Positions 57,964 to 64,000 of a stretch of 64,000 bases of DNA are shown here, piece by piece. Source of the DNA: Octopus vulgaris. Its lineage: Eukaryota. A program made the translations under genes and the position numbers. Within the stretch, counting starts at the first letter, position 1, and each line of letters opens with the position of its first letter. The notes beneath the pieces were generated by a model that worked only from the letters and a program-made list of their open reading frames with translations, was not told the origin of the DNA and did not search any database. The DNA is taken from the NCBI GenBank assembly GCA_951406725.2, contig OX597826.1:8060001-8124000 (forward strand), written 5' to 3'.

Positions 57964-58063
57964 TATATATATATGTGTGTGTATATATATATATATATAT
58001 AGAGTGAGCAATATAGTGACTACTCTCTTATATTTATATTATATATATATATATATATATGCA

Positions 58064-58138
<75 letters not shown>

Positions 58139-58146
<8 letters not shown>

Positions 58147-58193
58147 GTATATACACAAATAAATATGCTTGAGTGTGTGTGTGTGTGTGTATG

Positions 58194-58250
<57 letters not shown>

Positions 58251-58299
58251 GTATATACACAAATAAATATGCTTGAGTGTGTGTGTGTGTGGTTGTATG

Positions 58300-58352
<53 letters not shown>

Positions 58353-58401
58353 GTATATACACAAATAAATATGCTTGAGTGTGTGTGTGTGTGGTTGTAT
58401 G

Positions 58402-58466
<65 letters not shown>

Positions 58467-58615
58467 GTATATACACAAATAAATATGCTTGAGTGTGTGT
58501 GTGTGTGGTTGTATGTATGTGTATATACATATGTATATATATATATATATATATACATATGTATATACACATATATATGCTTGAGTGTGTGTGTGTGTGT
58601 GGTTGTATGTATGTG
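58139..58615. repeat. Higher-order tandem (~100-120 bp, about 5 units) of compound microsatellite
   Basis: ACATATGTATATACACAAATAAATATGCTTGAG(TG)n..(TA)n repeated with variable TA length. Confidence 0.85.
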
Positions 58616-58661
58616 TATATATATATGTACATATGCAAACATGGGTACATATATATGTGCA

Positions 58662-58692
<31 letters not shown>

Positions 58693-58904
58693 GCATGTAT
58701 GTATGTATGCATGTATATGCAAGTGTGTGCATGCATGTGTACGAAGTGGGATGATCTGACAAGGCGCTGTACACTATTCTTGTGACAATAATGACGCGAC
58801 AAAAACCGCGGCAAAAGTGACAACAGCTCTTTGACAGCGATGAAAGCTTGAGCTGTAAAAGTCGTCAACGATGATGGCGATGACGCCGACACATGACGTG
58901 GACG

Positions 58905-58914
58905 ATGATGTCGG

Positions 58915-58965
<51 letters not shown>

Positions 58966-59054
58966 GAATGATGATAAGCAGAGAAAAGGAAGGAAAGGAA
59001 GCGCAGGAGGAAGAAGTTAATGATACAAGTTGATGATGATGATGATGATGAGGT

Positions 59055-59128
<74 letters not shown>

Positions 59129-59178
59129 TCGATGGTGATAATGATATCGGCGATGATGATGATGATGATGATGATGAA

Positions 59179-59212
<34 letters not shown>

Positions 59213-59434
59213 CTGATGATGACGATGATGATGTTGATGATGTTGATGATGATGATGATGATGATGACGTCGATGGTGATAATGATGCCGGCGATGATGA
59301 TAATGATGATGATGATGATGATGTAGATGATGATCATGATAATGATGATGGTGATGACGACGACGACGACGATGATGATCATGATGATGTTGATGATCAT
59401 GATGGTGAAGATGATGATGATGATGATGATGATA

Positions 59435-59466
<32 letters not shown>

Positions 59467-59480
59467 GATGATGTCGATGA
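58905..59480. repeat. (GAT)n tract
   Basis: Direct reading. Confidence 0.95.
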
Positions 59481-60034
59481 TACTAGTAATCCCGTAGCAG
59501 TCACATTTTTTTAGTTTTTTTTTTTACTTGTTCTTATTTTTCTTATTATTTTCATTTATTCATTTTTCTTTTTTTTTTTTTGACGGTGACGGTGTTATTA
59601 AATCGCGTAAGATTTCATCCACCAAATAATCATGTTGGATAAAGAAGCTGTCCGGAAGAGCTACAATAAGTTGCCTGCGCACAGATAAGCATCATTAATA
59701 CACGAAATGTATTCATGCGCGAGTTGCGTTCCACCTAATCACCGGGTTTCCTATGGAAAAAGGAGAGCGAATTGACTGTGGAATGAATGAGTTAGTATGG
59801 AAAGAAATAGATAGGGATGGAGAGAGAGGGGTGGAGGGAGAGAGTGAGAGGAAGAGAGAGAGAGAGAGAGTGAAAGTGAGAGAGAGGGACAGGGAGAGGG
59901 ACAGAGATAAGACGGGGAAAGAAAATGGTTGGTGAAAGGGCTTCAGAGAGGGATAGATTTATAGGAAAGGAAAACGATTAGTCTGTACACAAGTTTAAAA
60001 GAAATGCATGTACACACAAACACATGTATGTATG

Positions 60035-60065
<31 letters not shown>

Positions 60066-60395
60066 GTGTGTGTGTATGAATACATATATATATATATACA
60101 TATGTGTGTGTGTATGAATACATATATATATATATATATATACATACATACATATATATATATATGTATATATATATGTGTGTGTATGTGTGTATATATA
60201 TGCATGTATATATATATGCATACTTACACATTGATATCTATATCTATATATATATACCTATATATGCATACATAAATATATATACACATGTATATGTGCT
60301 TATTGTATATGCTCTATGTTTATATATATATATATATATATATGTACACACATTTATATGCATATGTATATATATTTGCGTGTCATTTACATATA

Positions 60396-60431
<36 letters not shown>

Positions 60432-60635
60432 TGTATGTATGTATGTATGTATGTATGTATATATATATATAGAGAGAGATTTATGCAGTGTGTAAGATTT
60501 AAACAGTTAAAGACGAATGGAAATAAAGAGAGGAAGGAAGAGTACGAATTAGAGAGAAGGGGAGACTAAAGGGATAGAGAGGGGAAAGCGAATAGAAAGA
60601 GAGGCGAAGAAGAATAGTTATATAATACAACTATC

Positions 60636-60636
<1 letters not shown>

Positions 60637-60686
<50 letters not shown>

Positions 60687-60691
60687 CATTA

Positions 60692-60748
<57 letters not shown>

Positions 60749-60849
60749 TATTATTATTATTATTATCATTATTATTATCATTATTATTATCATTATTATT
60801 ATCATTATTATTATTATCATCATCATTATTATTATTATTATTATCATCA

Positions 60850-60895
<46 letters not shown>

Positions 60896-60927
60896 CATTA
60901 TTATTATTATTATTATCATCATCATTA

Positions 60928-60976
<49 letters not shown>

Positions 60977-61135
60977 CATTATTATTATTATTATTATTAT
61001 CATTATTATTATTATTATCATCATCATCACCATCATCATCATTGTCCTTATTATTGTCATTATCACCATCATCATCTTTATTTTTTTTTCTACTAGTTCT
61101 TGTTGTTATTGTTATTGTTATTGTTATTATCATTG
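60637..61135. repeat. (ATT/ATC)n tract
   Basis: Direct reading. Confidence 0.95.
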
Positions 61136-62453
61136 TTGTTGATGCTGTTGTCGATTTTTGGAGTTATTTGTTATGTGTTTTTCTTTAATTTTTAACGAAT
61201 TGAAGAACCAGCGAGCATAAAGCTCTTCCGCGGCCGACCCAGACATGTCGTAAATCTTTCAGGTTTAGTAGTATAGACAAGGAATTTTAAATATACCATT
61301 CTTGATGCTCATTCATTCATTCACTCATTCATTCATTTATTTATTCATCGATTCTTTCTTTCTTTCCTTCCTTCTCTATTTCTTTCTCTGTTTTATTTGT
61401 GCTTTATATTCCTTTCTTTGGTTCGTTCGCTCGTTCGTTCGTTCCTTGTACTAAATTACAAGGTAGCGCTGGTGATATGTGAGAAGGAAACAGAAGACAA
61501 AAATCATCAATCAATATCTCTAAAGTAATTATTCTTCATTACTGATGCTTTTAATTCGTTGCTAGTTCTTCAGTTTGTAGGAGGAGTTACGTCCAATTGG
61601 ATTAGTCGTTCGTTTTGTGAATGACTGAGTTCATAACACGAAATAATTGGCACATGAGCTCGTGACTCGTCTATTGTGTTGAACAAGACGCTCTACTCTG
61701 TTTTCTAAGGCAAATACAGTTAACAGCACCCGTTTCCGTTAGCTTGGAAATGATGAAATATAACTAAAAAATAAAAAATCCTCCTTCTTTCTTCTTAATC
61801 GGCTTTATACCATTAAAAGTGCTCTTGACGGAATGAAATCTTTGGCGTCCTTTGCAACACTTGGGTTATTTTTTTTCCATATCACATGCTTATGGGAGTG
61901 CTTCCCCTTTACTTATTATCAGTCCTATGCTATTCAAGAATAGCACTGTAAGGAAATACTCGTCAATTAACATACAAAACCATATTTAAACGCCCCATCT
62001 ATAAGATAACCCCCCTGTATAATGCGCTACCATATATAAGACGCACCCCATGTATAGTACGCCGCCGTGTCTAAAACGATATCCACAGTGTAAAACGGAT
62101 TTCGATTTAGGAGATTAAATTACGTGAGAATCTTAATATCATGTATAACCCACGGCTGCACCACAACTACAAAAGTATAAAATCTATTATTCTTTTATTC
62201 GTTTACTTGTTTCGTGACTGCGGCCACACTGGGCCACCGTAGGGAAGAATACTTAGGCGCATAAATTCATCTCAGCACTTATTCTTTTTAGGCCTGATAC
62301 TTATTCTATCGTTTCTTTTGCCAAACAGCTAAGTTACAGGGGTATAAACACACAAACACCGGTCGAGAAGCGGCGTGAAGAGGATACAAACTTAAACAAA
62401 AGAAGCAATCACACACACATAGACAGAGAGATAACGGGCTTCTTTCAGTTTCC

Positions 62454-62867
62454 TATTTCTTTATTACCCACAAGGGGCTAAACATAGAGGGGACAAACAA
62501 GGATAGACAAAAAGATTAAGTTGATTATATCGACCTCAGTGCGAAACTGGTACTTAATTTATCGACCCCGAAAGGATGAAAGGCAAAGTCGACCTCGGCA
62601 GAATTTGAACTCAGAACGTAGCGGCAGACGAAATACCTGTTTCTTTATTACCCACAAGGGGCTAAACATAGAGGGGGCAAACAAGGACAGACAAACGAAT
62701 TAAGTCGATTACATCGACCCCAGTGCGTAACTGGTACTTAATTTATCGACCCCGAAAGGATGAAAGGCAAAGTCGACCTCGGCGGAATTTGAACTCAGAA
62801 CGTAACGGCAGACGGAATGCCGCTAAGCATTTCGCCCGGCGCGCTATGTTTCTGCCAGTTCGCCGCC
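62454..62867 (-). mobile_element. Dimeric family-A SINE nested in a family-B SINE (62200-63020), with a 14-bp TSD
   Basis: TTCTTTCAGTTTCC at 62440-53 and 62868-81. Confidence 0.9.
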
Positions 62868-63521
62868 TTCTTTCAGTTTCCGTTAAGCATATCTAACCGC
62901 AAGACTTTGGTTAGCCCGAGGCTATACTAAGAGACATTTGCCCAAGGTGCAACGGTAGGACTGAAGCCGGAACTATGTAGTTGGCAAGCAAAATTCTTAC
63001 CACACAACCACGTCTGCGCCTATATTACTATTTGGCATTTCATTTTATTTAAAATAAATTGATAAATGATAAAAAAAAAATATATGGTAAACTAAAAAAG
63101 AAATCTCAAAGCTTCCTATCATTATTGAGTTGTTTCCTTACTGAAATCGGATGGGGAATGGGCGAAGAATCATTGCAATCTAATGCCATGTATTATACGA
63201 ACCATTAATTTTAATCCAGATTTCAAGTGGAAGAAAAATACGTAGTAGAAATAATACCTTCCCAAATGCTAGTTCTTTACAAATAAATAGTAAAATTTGA
63301 GGAAACTGGTGGTGATGGTGTCTGTCTGTAAAACTTCTATAATGAAGCTCATGAGTTTGATATCTTCAATTACTTTCGGGATTAGAAGATTTTAACGTTT
63401 CAGCAATATCTCTTCGTCTGAGTGTTTTTCATTTTTTTTTTTTTTTTTTTTCGGATTCAAAAAAAAACTAAGTCTTATTTTTCTACCATCACATCATACG
63501 AAGCTACGCAAACTAATAACA

Positions 63522-64000
63522 ACTTACTATTTAATGGGTATTACGTCCGTCTGTCTCTTCCCTCTTCACGGTCAAACGGCTGGACCAATGGTCGCGATGC
63601 TTTTCGGGATTACGAAGGAGGTAATCAGGAAGGCTTTTAGCGAAAAAAATGTGAAAAAGTATGAATATTTAGTGGATATTGAGGTTAATTGTTCAATTTA
63701 CTGGCGTAAAGAAGTAAATAAAAATTAAGGGGAAGATAACTTATAAAAGAAGCAAAGGGAAATAAGTCAACTTCTTATTATAATGGGCTTTATGTCTGTC
63801 CGTCTGTCCGTCTGTCTGTCTGTCTGTTCCCTTTTCACGGTCAAACGGCTGGACCAATAGTCACGATGTTTTTCGGGATTGTGAAGGAGGCAGTCAGGAA
63901 AAAGTGTGAAAATGTATGATTATTTTGTGGGTATTGAGTTTTGTATTAATAAATCACCGTTGACATTTTTGTCGGTATAGTTCGTGAATTTAGAGGGTTT
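63522..64000 (+). mobile_element. Two tandem ~250-bp Helitron-like 5' fragments
   Basis: TAATGGG..(GTCY)n..TTCACGGTCAAACGGCTGGACCAAT..CGGGATT..GAAGGAGG repeated at ~63533 and ~63781. Confidence 0.5.

Overview
Repeat-saturated animal genomic DNA with no recognisable intact protein-coding gene. It is most likely intronic or intergenic sequence of an octopus-like coleoid cephalopod, inferred from the SINE families and extreme microsatellite density. Nearly all listed ORFs are translations of (TA)n, (CA)n, (TATG)n, (GATA)n, (AAT)n, (CAT)n or (CT)n tracts. Supportable content: ~25 Nin-domain-type tRNA-SINE copies, a second and a third tRNA-SINE family, R4/Dong-type LINE fragments, a 5'-inverted RTE-type LINE with TSD, decayed mariner, piggyBac and hAT pieces, non-autonomous Helitrons and several foldbacks. 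The standout is 16620-19190: a near-identical 554-bp tandem array preceded by an inverted copy and flanked by TA-rich microsatellite. Its repeat unit carries a type I hammerhead ribozyme with a near-palindromic helix III (four complete copies, one truncated), i.e. an ORF-less Penelope-pLTR/retrozyme-like element predicted to release 554-nt monomers or circles. Decayed hammerheads of the same architecture but unrelated sequence occur at 6715, 12243 and 43451. All calls were made by eye, without database searches.
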